A DNA stretch of 64,000 bases from Marinilabiliales bacterium (lineage in GTDB: Bacteria > Bacteroidota > Bacteroidia > Bacteroidales > PUMT01), in contig REEN01000027.1 in NCBI GenBank assembly GCA_007695015.1, positions 4,994-68,993 on the forward strand, read 5' to 3'. Below are positions 21,374-31,188 of this stretch, one piece after another (position 1 is the stretch's first letter; each line of letters opens with the position of its first letter). The notes under the pieces are model-generated. The model did not search any database and was not told the origin of the DNA. It saw only the letters and a list, made by a program, of their open reading frames with translations. Position numbers and translations under genes: made by a program.

Positions 21374-22090
21374 ATGGCCATGTCACTTGACCTGATCATC
21401 GATCTTAACAATGTAAATATATTCCAGGGGGATAACCTGGTTCTTTCAGAAGTATCTTTCAGCCTCAATAAAGGAGAGTTCCTTTATCTTATAGGAAAAG
21501 TAGGGAGCGGTAAAACAAGCATAATAAGGACTATTAATGCCGAACTTCCCCTCAGGTCTGGAAGTGCGCTGGTTGCCGGATACGACCTGGAAAAGATCAG
21601 AAAAAAGCAAATTCCTTACCTAAGGAGGAAACTTGGCATTGTTTTCCAGGATTTCCAGCTTCTGGGTGACAGGAATATATATGACAACCTCTCATTTGTC
21701 CTCAGGGCAACCGGATGGAAGAACAAAAAAGAGATAAACGACCGTATTGTTGAGGTACTTGAGAGGGTTGATCTCAGCTACAAGGGATACAAGATGCCAC
21801 ACCAGCTTTCAGGGGGCGAACAGCAGCGCGTGGTCATAGCCAGGGCGCTCCTTAACAACCCTGATATTATCCTTGCCGATGAGCCGACCGGGAACCTCGA
21901 CCCTGAGAATTCGGAAGACATACTGAAGCTTCTGCTTGAGATCAGCAGCAGTGGCCGGGCTGTTCTTATGGCAACCCACAACTACCCGCTTCTTAAAAAA
22001 TTCCCGGCAAGAACGATCAAATGTGAGCAGGGCAAAGCCACAGAGGTTGATCATTCTGAGGAGATTGACTTCACTAGCCTGATGGAATAA
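21374..22090 (+). CDS. ftsE: FtsE-like ABC transporter ATP-binding protein
   Basis: Walker [10 protein letters not shown], signature LSGGEQQRV, Walker [13 protein letters not shown]. About 238 aa with FtsE-like organisation. No ftsX gene lies adjacent. Confidence 0.75.
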   Translation: MAMSLDLIIDLNNVNIFQGDNLVLSEVSFSLNKGEFLYLIGKVGSGKTSIIRTINAELPLRSGSALVAGYDLEKIRKKQIPYLRRKLGIVFQDFQLLGDRNIYDNLSFVLRATGWKNKKEINDRIVEVLERVDLSYKGYKMPHQLSGGEQQRVVIARALLNNPDIILADEPTGNLDPENSEDILKLLLEISSSGRAVLMATHNYPLLKKFPARTIKCEQGKATEVDHSEEIDFTSLME

Positions 22091-22111
22091 CTGCACAGCC
22101 TGCCATGCAGG

Positions 22112-23032
22112 TCACCCTTTAAGCAGGCTGACCGGAAATGGCAGCCTGTTTATCCTGATCCTGCTGTACGTTGCGGCACCTGAACCAAACCCCTTATAGA
22201 ACCGGGCCATTCCGGGATTAACGGATCCGTTGAAATCAAATGTCCTGCCGCTTCCGGCATATTGCTGAATAAAGCTGTCCACCAGCAGGAACATGGCACC
22301 GGTATTTCTTCCCTCGGCGGTGTTGGCAGAAAAAAAGAAAACATGCCTGTCGTAATCAGCAAGCATACATAGCGCTGCAATAAGTTCCCCGCCAGGGGAG
22401 AATGCACCCCTCATCTCAATGAACCCATCCGAAAGGCCCCTTTCAAGGACCTTTTCCAGCCGGCTGTAGTTAATATTCCTGATATTTGGATAGAGCCTTC
22501 TGCCGTTAAGTGCGAAAATCCTGACTACTTCATCAACATGCTCATGCGGTCTGAGATCAACCCCCAGCCGGTCTGCCTTTCTTATGTTCCTCACGGTGTT
22601 CGTGTCATATCCCTTAGCCAGTTCATTATATGACCGGTCCAGCCTGAGCAGGTAGTTGGTCATGTTCACGCAATGGTACCTTGCAGGGTCAGGATCGTTC
22701 ATTTCATTCAGGGCTATATCCGAGAACCTGTAAGTTGAGGATACTCTTTCCAGGAACTGGTCAGTATAATCAACGCTGGCATCTTTCATTAAAATGCCAA
22801 GCTGCTGAATAAAAACAGGCTGAAAAAGATAGCTAATGCCCCATTTCCTGTTGACGGCAAGTGGCATGACCGCATCCCCGCTACCCATTACAAGGGCACC
22901 CCAGCCGGGAGCGAAGATATCAAGGAAAACGGAACAGGCGTAAATCCGTCTGTTTGCAGTCGCTGTCACCCAGCTATCCCACTCTTCCCGGTTTATACTG
23001 CCGGCAGGTATGTGCCTGATCTCCATCATCAT
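22112..23032 (-). CDS. FemAB-like / GNAT-fold acyltransferase family protein (tentative)
   Basis: 306 aa. I recognised only a general resemblance to FemAB-like/Acetyltransf_6 proteins, with no diagnostic motif. Its start codons (ATGATGATG) overlap the stop of the upstream gene. Confidence 0.5.
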   Translation of the reverse strand: MMMEIRHIPAGSINREEWDSWVTATANRRIYACSVFLDIFAPGWGALVMGSGDAVMPLAVNRKWGISYLFQPVFIQQLGILMKDASVDYTDQFLERVSSTYRFSDIALNEMNDPDPARYHCVNMTNYLLRLDRSYNELAKGYDTNTVRNIRKADRLGVDLRPHEHVDEVVRIFALNGRRLYPNIRNINYSRLEKVLERGLSDGFIEMRGAFSPGGELIAALCMLADYDRHVFFFSANTAEGRNTGAMFLLVDSFIQQYAGSGRTFDFNGSVNPGMARFYKGFGSGAATYSRIRINRLPFPVSLLKG

Positions 23033-24345
23033 TCCATTGCGGCCTTAATTATCTCAAGATATACTTTTTCCCAGTTTCTCCATCTGCCCTGGCCAGAGAA
23101 TGTTTCATTATGCCATAATGTAACAAGCGTGCCGCCGGCCTGCCGGACCCTTGCTGCGATCCCTGATCCGTGTACTGCTGCCTCTTCAGTATCCAGTTTC
23201 ATGTAGTCGCACAGGGTGCCGTCCATCACCTGGAACGGGAACAGGGTCAGACTCCCGGTCTCTTCCCTCTCAAGATCGTAGAACAGGAAGGGGGTACAGG
23301 TGCCAGCCCTGAAACCGGTCATTTCAGCCCAGCCAAGTGTATAATCTTCTCTTATCCCTGCAGCTTCAAGCATCCTGCAACTCTCCGGGAATGAAAACCT
23401 GAGATAGTGGTTCCTGCTCCTGACAGGGGCCTTGCCGGTAATACGGGCCAGGGTATCGATCTCCATTTCCAGTCGTTCAGGCTGATCATAAGACAGGTAT
23501 GACGGATGAATCCCCCACTCAGATCCTGCAGATATGTCCATTATGAGCCTTCTGTATTCTTTATTGTTAGGCGACACCGACTTGTCAAACCTGCCATAAC
23601 TGCCGGCGCTGAAGAAGAATAGCGGCGTAATCCCGTATTCATTGTGTATCGAACTGATCCGGTCATAGGTGTCATACGGGTCATCCCATCCTCTGAACAG
23701 AACCCGGTAACGCATTTTCAGGTCAGCAAAATTCCCGGTGGCAGCAGCTTTAGCAAAGCCTCCGATTGTACGCATTAACCCACGGTTACGGTATGCCCAG
23801 GGAACATCCACATCTATTGTGGGTATGAACCTGAATTCCCTTTCGGGGAAAGAAACGGCCGGGTACCGTTGTGATATCGCCTCCATTAACATTACGGCCC
23901 ACTGGTCTACCAGGGGCTCCCATGAAAGGCCATACCTGAAGGCCATGCTTTCCTTCCAGGGGAAGCGGCCGTGCCTGTCCCTGCCGGCCGGAAGGTATTC
24001 TTCGTAACGGCACAGCATGTAGAAAACAGCCGAAAAGATATCAAAACCAAGATCATCCCTTCCGGCAGAAGGAAAAATAACAGTCTTCCCGCCAAGAGCT
24101 GCCGGCACTACATCCAGGGGTCTCACTCCACTCTCCCCAAGTAGTCCGCTCGGCACTACATGCAAGGCACCCCCGACAGTTTCATCCGAATAATTAATTA
24201 CCGGTCCGATTGAGGCAGCAGCCTCATCCTCTGATGAGGTCATATTTATAACTGCACCGGGCAGCATTGATCCGATATGCATTCCTGCATACTGCAGCCG
24301 GGGGGTCAGCACAGGTGAATAGAGGAGGATGGTTTTCTCGGCCAT
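23029..24345 (-). CDS. Polysaccharide-deacetylase-like protein (tentative)
   Basis: 438 aa from ATG 24345. Blocks IPTIDVDVPWAYRN and WGIHPSYLSY resemble the deacetylase/DUF7033 type. This assignment is from recall only. Confidence 0.5.
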   Translation of the reverse strand: MAEKTILLYSPVLTPRLQYAGMHIGSMLPGAVINMTSSEDEAAASIGPVINYSDETVGGALHVVPSGLLGESGVRPLDVVPAALGGKTVIFPSAGRDDLGFDIFSAVFYMLCRYEEYLPAGRDRHGRFPWKESMAFRYGLSWEPLVDQWAVMLMEAISQRYPAVSFPEREFRFIPTIDVDVPWAYRNRGLMRTIGGFAKAAATGNFADLKMRYRVLFRGWDDPYDTYDRISSIHNEYGITPLFFFSAGSYGRFDKSVSPNNKEYRRLIMDISAGSEWGIHPSYLSYDQPERLEMEIDTLARITGKAPVRSRNHYLRFSFPESCRMLEAAGIREDYTLGWAEMTGFRAGTCTPFLFYDLEREETGSLTLFPFQVMDGTLCDYMKLDTEEAAVHGSGIAARVRQAGGTLVTLWHNETFSGQGRWRNWEKVYLEIIKAAME

Positions 24346-24436
24346 AGCACAAATATAACTACAAGCAGCATATACTCGCACAATTAATTAACTTTAGCAA
24401 TAACTGAACTCTTTGGTTTTTAAAAAATCTTTACGT

Positions 24437-24444
24437 TATTTTTG
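24437..24444 (+). promoter_or_regulatory. -7 promoter box TATTTTTG upstream of metX
   Basis: Perfect TAnnTTTG on the plus strand, 10 nt before ATG 24454 (very short leader). Confidence 0.3.
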
Positions 24445-24453
24445 AACACAAAA

Positions 24454-25479
24454 ATGGCAGACGGACAGTTACAGGTATATCATCATGAAAGTCCGGTACA
24501 CCTGGAGTCGGGAGAAACACTACCCTCTCTTGATATTGCATATCACACTTACGGCAAATACGATCCGGAACGAAACAATGTAATATGGGTTTGCCATGCA
24601 TTTACAGCCAGTTCTGATGTGGCGGACTGGTGGAAGGGACTTGTCGGGGAAGGACGTTTCTATAATCCTGACGATCATTTTATAATATGCGCCAACAAGA
24701 TAGGTTCATGTTACGGTTCAACAGGCCCCCTTTCAACAGATCCCCGCACAGGAAGTCCATGGTTCCATTCATTTCCCGAACTCACCATCAGGGATCTGGT
24801 AAATGCTCACGAACTTCTCAGAAAACACCTTCAGATTAAAACAATTCACACTGTACTCGGCGGATCCACAGGAGGGCACCAGGCTCTGGAATGGGTAATT
24901 ATGAACCCGGGCATCCACGAAAATCTTGTATGCATTGCAAATCATGCAAAAGCATCCCCCTGGAGCATAGCTTTCAGCCAGTCCCAGCGGCTGGCCATAA
25001 TGGCCGACCATACGTGGAATGACAATCATCCTGATGCGGGGGGTCGGGGACTAGCGGCAGCGCGTTCCATAGCCCTGCTGAGTTACAGGAATTACGAAAC
25101 CTATCTCAAAACACAGTCCGATACCTGCAACAACAAAGTATCCGGGTTCAGGGCAATGAGCTACCAGGATTACCAGGGCCGGAAACTTGTAAATAGGTTT
25201 AATGCCTTCTCCTACATGAGACTGTTAAACGCCCTGGATTCTCACAATATAGGCCGGAACAGGGGTGCCATCGATACTGTGCTTGCATCGGTAAGGGCCA
25301 GGACGCTGGTGATCGGAATATCGAGCGACCTCCTTTTCCCTGTCAAAGAGCAGCTATTCATGACAGAAAGAATTCCCGGGGCAACATTTTCCGGAATAGA
25401 GTCCCTTTACGGCCACGACGGTTTTCTGATTGAAACCGACAGCATAGCGGCTGCGATAGGAAGGTTTTACAAAAGATAA
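24454..25479 (+). CDS. metX: Homoserine O-acetyltransferase
   Basis: Alpha/beta-hydrolase nucleophile elbow GGSTGGHQALEW. MetX-type N-terminus (LESGETLPSLDIAYHTYG) and C-terminal catalytic His context YGHDGFLIE. Confidence 0.9.
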   Translation: MADGQLQVYHHESPVHLESGETLPSLDIAYHTYGKYDPERNNVIWVCHAFTASSDVADWWKGLVGEGRFYNPDDHFIICANKIGSCYGSTGPLSTDPRTGSPWFHSFPELTIRDLVNAHELLRKHLQIKTIHTVLGGSTGGHQALEWVIMNPGIHENLVCIANHAKASPWSIAFSQSQRLAIMADHTWNDNHPDAGGRGLAAARSIALLSYRNYETYLKTQSDTCNNKVSGFRAMSYQDYQGRKLVNRFNAFSYMRLLNALDSHNIGRNRGAIDTVLASVRARTLVIGISSDLLFPVKEQLFMTERIPGATFSGIESLYGHDGFLIETDSIAAAIGRFYKR

Positions 25480-25486
25480 CTTTGTT

Positions 25487-26326
25487 ATGAAACAACGTGT
25501 CGACATGGTAATTACTGATCTTGACGGAACACTATTCAATGACAGTAAAGAGATAAGCAAAACTGACCTGGATACCCTTCATTGGCTGGGAGAACAAAAC
25601 ATTCACAGGGTGATTGCTACCGGGAGGAATCTGTTCAGTTTAAAGAAAGTGCTTCCATCCGGCATCCCGGTCGACTACCTGGTATTCTCTACAGGCGCCG
25701 GTGTCATTGACCTTAAAAGCGGAGAACTCATCTATGCGGAGCATCTGCGTGAACCTGATGTTAAACTGGCTATCGAGGTTCTGACCGCGGCAAAAATGAG
25801 CTTCATGGTGCATGACCTCGTGCCTGATAATCATGCATTTCTTTTTTTTGATGCCAGTTGCGGCAACAATGATTTCCACAGGAGGATTGAGCTCTACCGT
25901 GACTTTGCTGCTCCCCTTCAGGTTGACCCCCCGAACTACACCCATGCCAGCCAGCTTCTTGCAATTGTGCCCGAAAACCTGGAGCTGCTTGAAAAGATCA
26001 GGGACCGGCTTGACTCAATGCGGGTAGTCAGAACAACATCGCCCCTGGACGGAAAGACCATGTGGGCAGAAATCTTTCCATCAGGTGTTTCGAAAGGGCA
26101 TACGGTTGAATGGCTATGCAACAGGCTTGGCGTGGACAGATCCTTTACGCTGGCCACCGGCAACGATTACAATGACCTGGACCTGCTCAATTTCGCAGCC
26201 TACCCTTTTGCAATGGAGAATGCCCCGGAACCTGTCAGGAAACTTTACAGGTCCTGCAGATCCAACAATAAAAGTGGTTTCACAGATGCAGTATGCCAGG
26301 TTACAGGCCGGGCACCCGGTAGCTGA
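25487..26326 (+). CDS. Cof-type HAD-IIB family hydrolase (sugar-phosphate phosphatase-like)
   Basis: HAD motif I ITDLDGTLF, motif II IATGR, motif IV GNDYNDLDLL. Confidence 0.88.
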   Translation: MKQRVDMVITDLDGTLFNDSKEISKTDLDTLHWLGEQNIHRVIATGRNLFSLKKVLPSGIPVDYLVFSTGAGVIDLKSGELIYAEHLREPDVKLAIEVLTAAKMSFMVHDLVPDNHAFLFFDASCGNNDFHRRIELYRDFAAPLQVDPPNYTHASQLLAIVPENLELLEKIRDRLDSMRVVRTTSPLDGKTMWAEIFPSGVSKGHTVEWLCNRLGVDRSFTLATGNDYNDLDLLNFAAYPFAMENAPEPVRKLYRSCRSNNKSGFTDAVCQVTGRAPGS

Positions 26327-26476
26327 CGAACAAACGTGATCTCAGGCAATTAAACCTCTCAAACAGCGTTTAATTATTACTATGCTCAAAAACATATTTT
26401 TTTGGAAAAATCAAACAATTTACTGACCTTTGCAGAACCAATTTCAGACACTAATGTAGCATAAGTGCTTAACTAT

Positions 26477-27121
26477 ATGGATTTTATGCCTTTTTTCTGG
26501 AATGCTTTCATACTACTTTCAGCATATTTGCTGGGGTCAGTCCCCAATGCGGTCTGGATAGGAAGGGTGTTTTTCAAAACCGATGTAAGGAACCACGGAA
26601 GCGGAAATGCGGGAAGCACAAATACACTGAGGGTCCTGGGATACAAGGCCGGCATCCCTGTGCTTCTGCTTGATATTCTCAAAGGTTTCCTGGCCGTAAA
26701 AATGATCCACCTTACATTCTACTATATACCTGAAACCGGCCAATACATTAACTTCCAGCTTCTGCTGGGCCTTGCCGTGATCATAGGCCATATTTTTCCC
26801 GTATTTGCCAACTTCAGGGGAGGAAAAGGCGTTGCTACCCTGATCGGTGTTATTCTCGCCATTGATCCGGTCTCGATGCTTATTTGCCTCGGTGTCTTCC
26901 TGGTTACCCTGATTGTCACTAAGTATGTATCTCTCAGCTCAATGATTGCCGGACTTTCATTCCCGGTTCTGGTAATTGTTGTATTCAATACCACCACATC
27001 ATCACTCGTTATATTTTCCATGATAGTATTCGTGCTGCTTCTCTTTACCCACCAGAAAAATATCGAAAGGCTAGTGCGCAACGAAGAATCCAAGGCACAT
27101 TTCCTGTTCAGGAGAAGGTAA
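26477..27121 (+). CDS. plsY: Glycerol-3-phosphate acyltransferase PlsY
   Basis: AYLLGSVP, GSGNAGSTN and FRGGKGVAT motifs. Multi-pass membrane protein of about 214 aa. The ATG at 26477 is preferred over the GTG at 26465. Confidence 0.92.
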   Translation: MDFMPFFWNAFILLSAYLLGSVPNAVWIGRVFFKTDVRNHGSGNAGSTNTLRVLGYKAGIPVLLLDILKGFLAVKMIHLTFYYIPETGQYINFQLLLGLAVIIGHIFPVFANFRGGKGVATLIGVILAIDPVSMLICLGVFLVTLIVTKYVSLSSMIAGLSFPVLVIVVFNTTTSSLVIFSMIVFVLLLFTHQKNIERLVRNEESKAHFLFRRR

Positions 27122-27123
27122 TA

Positions 27124-27930
27124 TCAGGTAAATTCACCCACATAAGGATCATGGATGAATTCCTTTTCCAGGTATTCGGAAACATCCCTCAGTGTCATAC
27201 CGGGGATAAGCTGTCCCCCGTCTGCAAGAGATATCCTCCCCGTCTCCTCTGAAACAACCACAACGGCAGCATCGGTCTGCTCCGACATCCCCAGGGCCGC
27301 CCTGTGTCTCATACCAAATTCCGGCGGGAGGTTAATATTCTCTGATACAGGAAGAACGCACCTTGCTGACCGGATCTTGTCACCCACAATTATCACTGCG
27401 CCGTCATGAAGAGGGCTCTCCTTGCAGAAAACACTCTCGAGAAGACGGCTTGAGGTTACAGCATTGAGAGTGTCACCTGTCTGCGAATAGGTTTCCAGCT
27501 CTGACCTCCTTGCTATTACAACCAGTGCGCCGGTTTTGGACGCAGAAAGATTTTTTAATGCCTTAATAAGCGAACTGATCCTGATCCTCGGCCTGCTGCC
27601 GCTGACCGAGGTGAAAAGTTTTTCAATGGAAAATGCACGGTTGGATATATACCTGGTCCCTAATAGTATCAGGAACCTCCGGATCTCCTGCTGAAATACG
27701 ATAATAAGGGCAATGACCCCTACCCCGATGAACTGGCCCAGGATCGATCCAAGCAACTGCATATTTAGCGCTCTTACCAGTAGCCATAGGAGATACACAG
27801 AAAATATACCTATGAATATATTTATGGCTATCGTACCCTTTATAAGACGGTAAACCTGGTAGAACAGAAAAGCGGTAATAATAATGTCAAAAACATCAAG
27901 GATTCTTATACTTATGAATAGGCTGGTCAT
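27124..27930 (-). CDS. cdaA: Diadenylate cyclase CdaA (c-di-AMP synthase)
   Basis: Three N-terminal TM helices followed by a DAC domain with DGAVII and RHRAALGMSEQTDAAVVVVSEETG motifs. Confidence 0.92.
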   Translation of the reverse strand: MTSLFISIRILDVFDIIITAFLFYQVYRLIKGTIAINIFIGIFSVYLLWLLVRALNMQLLGSILGQFIGVGVIALIIVFQQEIRRFLILLGTRYISNRAFSIEKLFTSVSGSRPRIRISSLIKALKNLSASKTGALVVIARRSELETYSQTGDTLNAVTSSRLLESVFCKESPLHDGAVIIVGDKIRSARCVLPVSENINLPPEFGMRHRAALGMSEQTDAAVVVVSEETGRISLADGGQLIPGMTLRDVSEYLEKEFIHDPYVGEFT

Positions 27931-28006
27931 CCGGTAACAGATTTCACTTAATTTACAAAAATCTCCATTTTTACTGACAAATCAAACCCGGATAGATGGG
28001 AATGAT

Positions 28007-28873
28007 TCACTTGCCATGCTCAACTACCCTTTTCAAACGCATTGCCACCTCTATCGTATCCCTTGCCTCCCTCACATCATGCACCCTTAAAATGTGAGCT
28101 CCGTTCATGACTGCAACGGTATTCAGGGCAATGGTTCCTCCGAGAGCATCGCCGGGGCCTCTCCCAAGAACCTTATAGATCATCGATTTTCTTGAAAAAC
28201 CAGCCAGTACGGGAAGCTCCAGCACATGAAACTCCTTCAGCCTTGCAGCAATCTCATAGTTGTGATCAACACTCTTGCCGAAACCGAAACCGGGATCTAT
28301 GATGATGTCGTCTATGCCGGCATCCCTCATTATCCTTACCCTCTCTGAAAAATAGAGTATTATATCGTTTACAACATCTCTGTATACAGGATTCTCCTGC
28401 ATGGTAGCCGGGGTTCCCTGCATATGCATTGCAATATACGGGACCTTCAGTTTGCCGGCAGTATCAAGCATCCGGTCATCCAGCCTGCCCGCTGATATAT
28501 CATTGATAATGCCGGCACCGTAATCACGTATCATTATTTCAGCTACGCCAGACCTCCACGTATCGACCGAAAGAATAACTTCCGGCAACTCTTTTCGGAT
28601 TGCCTCCAGGGCTTCTGCGAGTCTTCCGGTCTCTTCCTTTTCAGATATCCCCGGTGCCCCCGGCCTGGTCGAAACAGCTCCCACATCTATAATATCGGCG
28701 CCATCCTCTGCCAAACGGACTGCATGACCGGCAACTGCATCAGGGTTCCGGTACTTTCCCCCATCATAAAATGAATCGGGCGTATAATTGATAATCCCCA
28801 TGACGGCCGGCACAGAAAAGTCCACCACCCTGCCCATCACACATATACTTCTGACCCTGTTTATCGCTTCCAT
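28007..28873 (-). CDS. folP: Dihydropteroate synthase
   Basis: GIINYTPDSFYDGG, DIIDVGAVSTRPG and DPGFGFGK pterin-binding motifs. The ATG at 28873 is preferred (GTG alternative at 28879). Confidence 0.95.
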   Translation of the reverse strand: MEAINRVRSICVMGRVVDFSVPAVMGIINYTPDSFYDGGKYRNPDAVAGHAVRLAEDGADIIDVGAVSTRPGAPGISEKEETGRLAEALEAIRKELPEVILSVDTWRSGVAEIMIRDYGAGIINDISAGRLDDRMLDTAGKLKVPYIAMHMQGTPATMQENPVYRDVVNDIILYFSERVRIMRDAGIDDIIIDPGFGFGKSVDHNYEIAARLKEFHVLELPVLAGFSRKSMIYKVLGRGPGDALGGTIALNTVAVMNGAHILRVHDVREARDTIEVAMRLKRVVEHGK

Positions 28874-28894
28874 AATCACCCATTAAACATAAAA

Positions 28895-28902
28895 CAAATG
28901 TA
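28895..28902 (-). promoter_or_regulatory. -7 promoter box TACATTTG upstream of folP-cdaA
   Basis: Perfect TAnnTTTG on the minus strand, 22 nt upstream of ATG 28873. Confidence 0.35.
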
Positions 28903-29046
28903 TGTCAAATTTGCATCATTTGAATATGCCATTCAAATTTTAAGAGCTGAACTGTCTGTAAACTTCTCGGTTTTTTTTCCCATTTTTGTACGGAAGACGG
29001 CAACCATCTGGCCGTAGATTTATAAACTTTAACAGATTTAGAGATA

Positions 29047-29736
29047 ATGGCATTTCTGGTTATTGAGGGGCTTGACGGATCGGGGAAATCAACCCAGGTA
29101 AGGATGTTGCGGGATTATCTTGACAAAGAGGGCACGGAATACAGCTTTATTCACTTTCCGCGTACTGAAACAGGGGTTTTTGGTCAGCTGATATCCATGT
29201 TCCTTCGTGGTGACCTGGGAAAAATAGGAGATGTCAATCCTTACCTGGTAGCCCTGCTTTATGCAGCCGACAGGCACGATGCAAAAAAGGAGATGTTTGA
29301 GTGGCTCTCAGATGGCAAGCTTCTGGTGGCCGACAGGTACGTTATTTCAAACATTGCATATCAGTGCGCCAAGCTGAAAACCACTTTAGAGAAGAACCAG
29401 CTGGCAGAATGGATTACCTGCCTTGAATTTGTCAAGTACGGTATCCCGCGTCCGGACCTGAACATTTTTCTTGATGTCCCCTTCGAGTTTACCATGCATA
29501 ACCTTGGCAAAAGCAGGAGCGGCGATGAACGAGCCTACCTGGGAGGTAATACCGATATCCACGAAGCCGATCTGGAATTTCAAAAGAAGGTAAGACAGGT
29601 CTACAATACCCGGTCAGAAACAGATCCTTCTGTAATGCTGATACCCTGCTATGATGAAAATATGGCAATGCTCCCTCCCGGCAAGATCTTTGAAAGAATT
29701 CTCGAACTGCTGAGAAATGAAAACATCATCGTGTAA
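29047..29736 (+). CDS. tmk: dTMP (thymidylate) kinase family protein
   Basis: P-loop IEGLDGSGKSTQ and DRY motif (VADRYVISN). 229 aa. Confidence 0.8.
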   Translation: MAFLVIEGLDGSGKSTQVRMLRDYLDKEGTEYSFIHFPRTETGVFGQLISMFLRGDLGKIGDVNPYLVALLYAADRHDAKKEMFEWLSDGKLLVADRYVISNIAYQCAKLKTTLEKNQLAEWITCLEFVKYGIPRPDLNIFLDVPFEFTMHNLGKSRSGDERAYLGGNTDIHEADLEFQKKVRQVYNTRSETDPSVMLIPCYDENMAMLPPGKIFERILELLRNENIIV

Positions 29737-29793
29737 TTGATTATGATCCACTTAAATTATATTTTTACATCCTGATTTAATAAAACTGTTGAT

Positions 29794-31083
29794 ATGTCTT
29801 CTGCTATACCTGTTAAAAGATTTAATCCGTTGCTTCTGAATTTCTCGAGGCTTCTTGCCGGATTTGTTTTCATCTACTCCGGCTTTGTCAAAGGTATCGA
29901 CCCCCTGGGATCAGCCTACAAGTTCATTGATTATTTTGTTGCATTCAATATTGAGTTCCTGGAACCGCTGGCACTGCCAATGTCTGTTGCCCTGTCGGCT
30001 GCAGAAATGCTTATAGGGGTGGCTCTGATTGCGGGAGTGCATCTTGTCCTGACTTCATGGGCCCTGCTTTTATTCATGGGTTTCTTTACCATTCTCACAC
30101 TTTTCATTGCCATCACCGACCCGGTGGCGGACTGCGGATGTTTCGGCGATGCGATAATACTGACCAACTGGGAGACATTCTGGAAAAACCTGGTATTGAT
30201 GGTTTTTGTCATATACATTTTCATCAGGCGTAAAGAATTCAGGCCGTTTTTCAACAGGCCCCTGGCAGAATGGATAACTGTGTCAGCATTCCTTGCCGGG
30301 ATACTTGCCATCTTTGCATGGTCGTACCTGAACCTCCCGGTGATAGATTACAGGCCATACCATGTTGGGGCTGATATAGAGGAATATATGAGCATCCCTC
30401 CCGATGCACCTGCCGACGAATACGAAGTTACGCTCTATTACCGAAAAGACGGTGAGACCAGGGCATTCCCGGTAGATGACCTGCCCGGTCCCGAGTGGGA
30501 ATGGGTAAGAACTGAAAGCACTCTTATAAGCAAAGGTTACGAACCGCCAATTACCAATTTCTTTATTGAATCGGTTACCGACGGGACCGACCATACATGG
30601 GACATTCTTCACGATCAGGGATACACCTTTATACTGGTTTCCTATAACCTTGCCGGGAGCTCCCTGAAAAACGTCACCGCCATTAAGAGGCTGGCTGACT
30701 GGTCGGCCGGTCATGGTATAAATTTTATAGGACTCACAGCAAGTCCGCTATCACAGATTGACGAATACAGAGATAATACAGGTGCAGCATGGGATTTTTA
30801 CCATGGTGATGAGATCACACTTAAAACAATTGTAAGAAGTAATCCCGGACTTATTCTCCTGAAAGAGGGAACAATCATAGGAAAATGGCATCACAGGAAT
30901 ATTCCCGATACGGCAGAGCTGAAAGAGAATCTGATGTCATTTGCGATGAACGACCGGCAACAGGCACATAACAACATGGTTTCGCTAGGGTACCTGATGG
31001 CATTTCTTTTGCTGATTGCAATAATCAGAATGATCAGGTACTCCCTGAAGAAAAGAGATATTGAACCAGAAAGCCAGGGCTGA
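29794..31083 (+). CDS. MauE/DoxX-type membrane domain fused to a thioredoxin-fold-like domain (BT_3928-like)
   Basis: Five or so N-terminal TM helices with the DCGCFGD motif. The central/C-terminal soluble domain resembles a TlpA/AhpC fold but has no CxxC (FILVSYNLAGSS). One terminal TM helix. Confidence 0.7.
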   Translation: MSSAIPVKRFNPLLLNFSRLLAGFVFIYSGFVKGIDPLGSAYKFIDYFVAFNIEFLEPLALPMSVALSAAEMLIGVALIAGVHLVLTSWALLLFMGFFTILTLFIAITDPVADCGCFGDAIILTNWETFWKNLVLMVFVIYIFIRRKEFRPFFNRPLAEWITVSAFLAGILAIFAWSYLNLPVIDYRPYHVGADIEEYMSIPPDAPADEYEVTLYYRKDGETRAFPVDDLPGPEWEWVRTESTLISKGYEPPITNFFIESVTDGTDHTWDILHDQGYTFILVSYNLAGSSLKNVTAIKRLADWSAGHGINFIGLTASPLSQIDEYRDNTGAAWDFYHGDEITLKTIVRSNPGLILLKEGTIIGKWHHRNIPDTAELKENLMSFAMNDRQQAHNNMVSLGYLMAFLLLIAIIRMIRYSLKKRDIEPESQG

Positions 31084-31188
31084 GCCAGCTGTGAGCAGAC
31101 GGCCGGCAAGCAGGTTAGCCCCTGCCCACAATTGAAGTGAATTACAAATCAGTAAGTTAATCCAATTATAAACAGAAAAACCATTACC

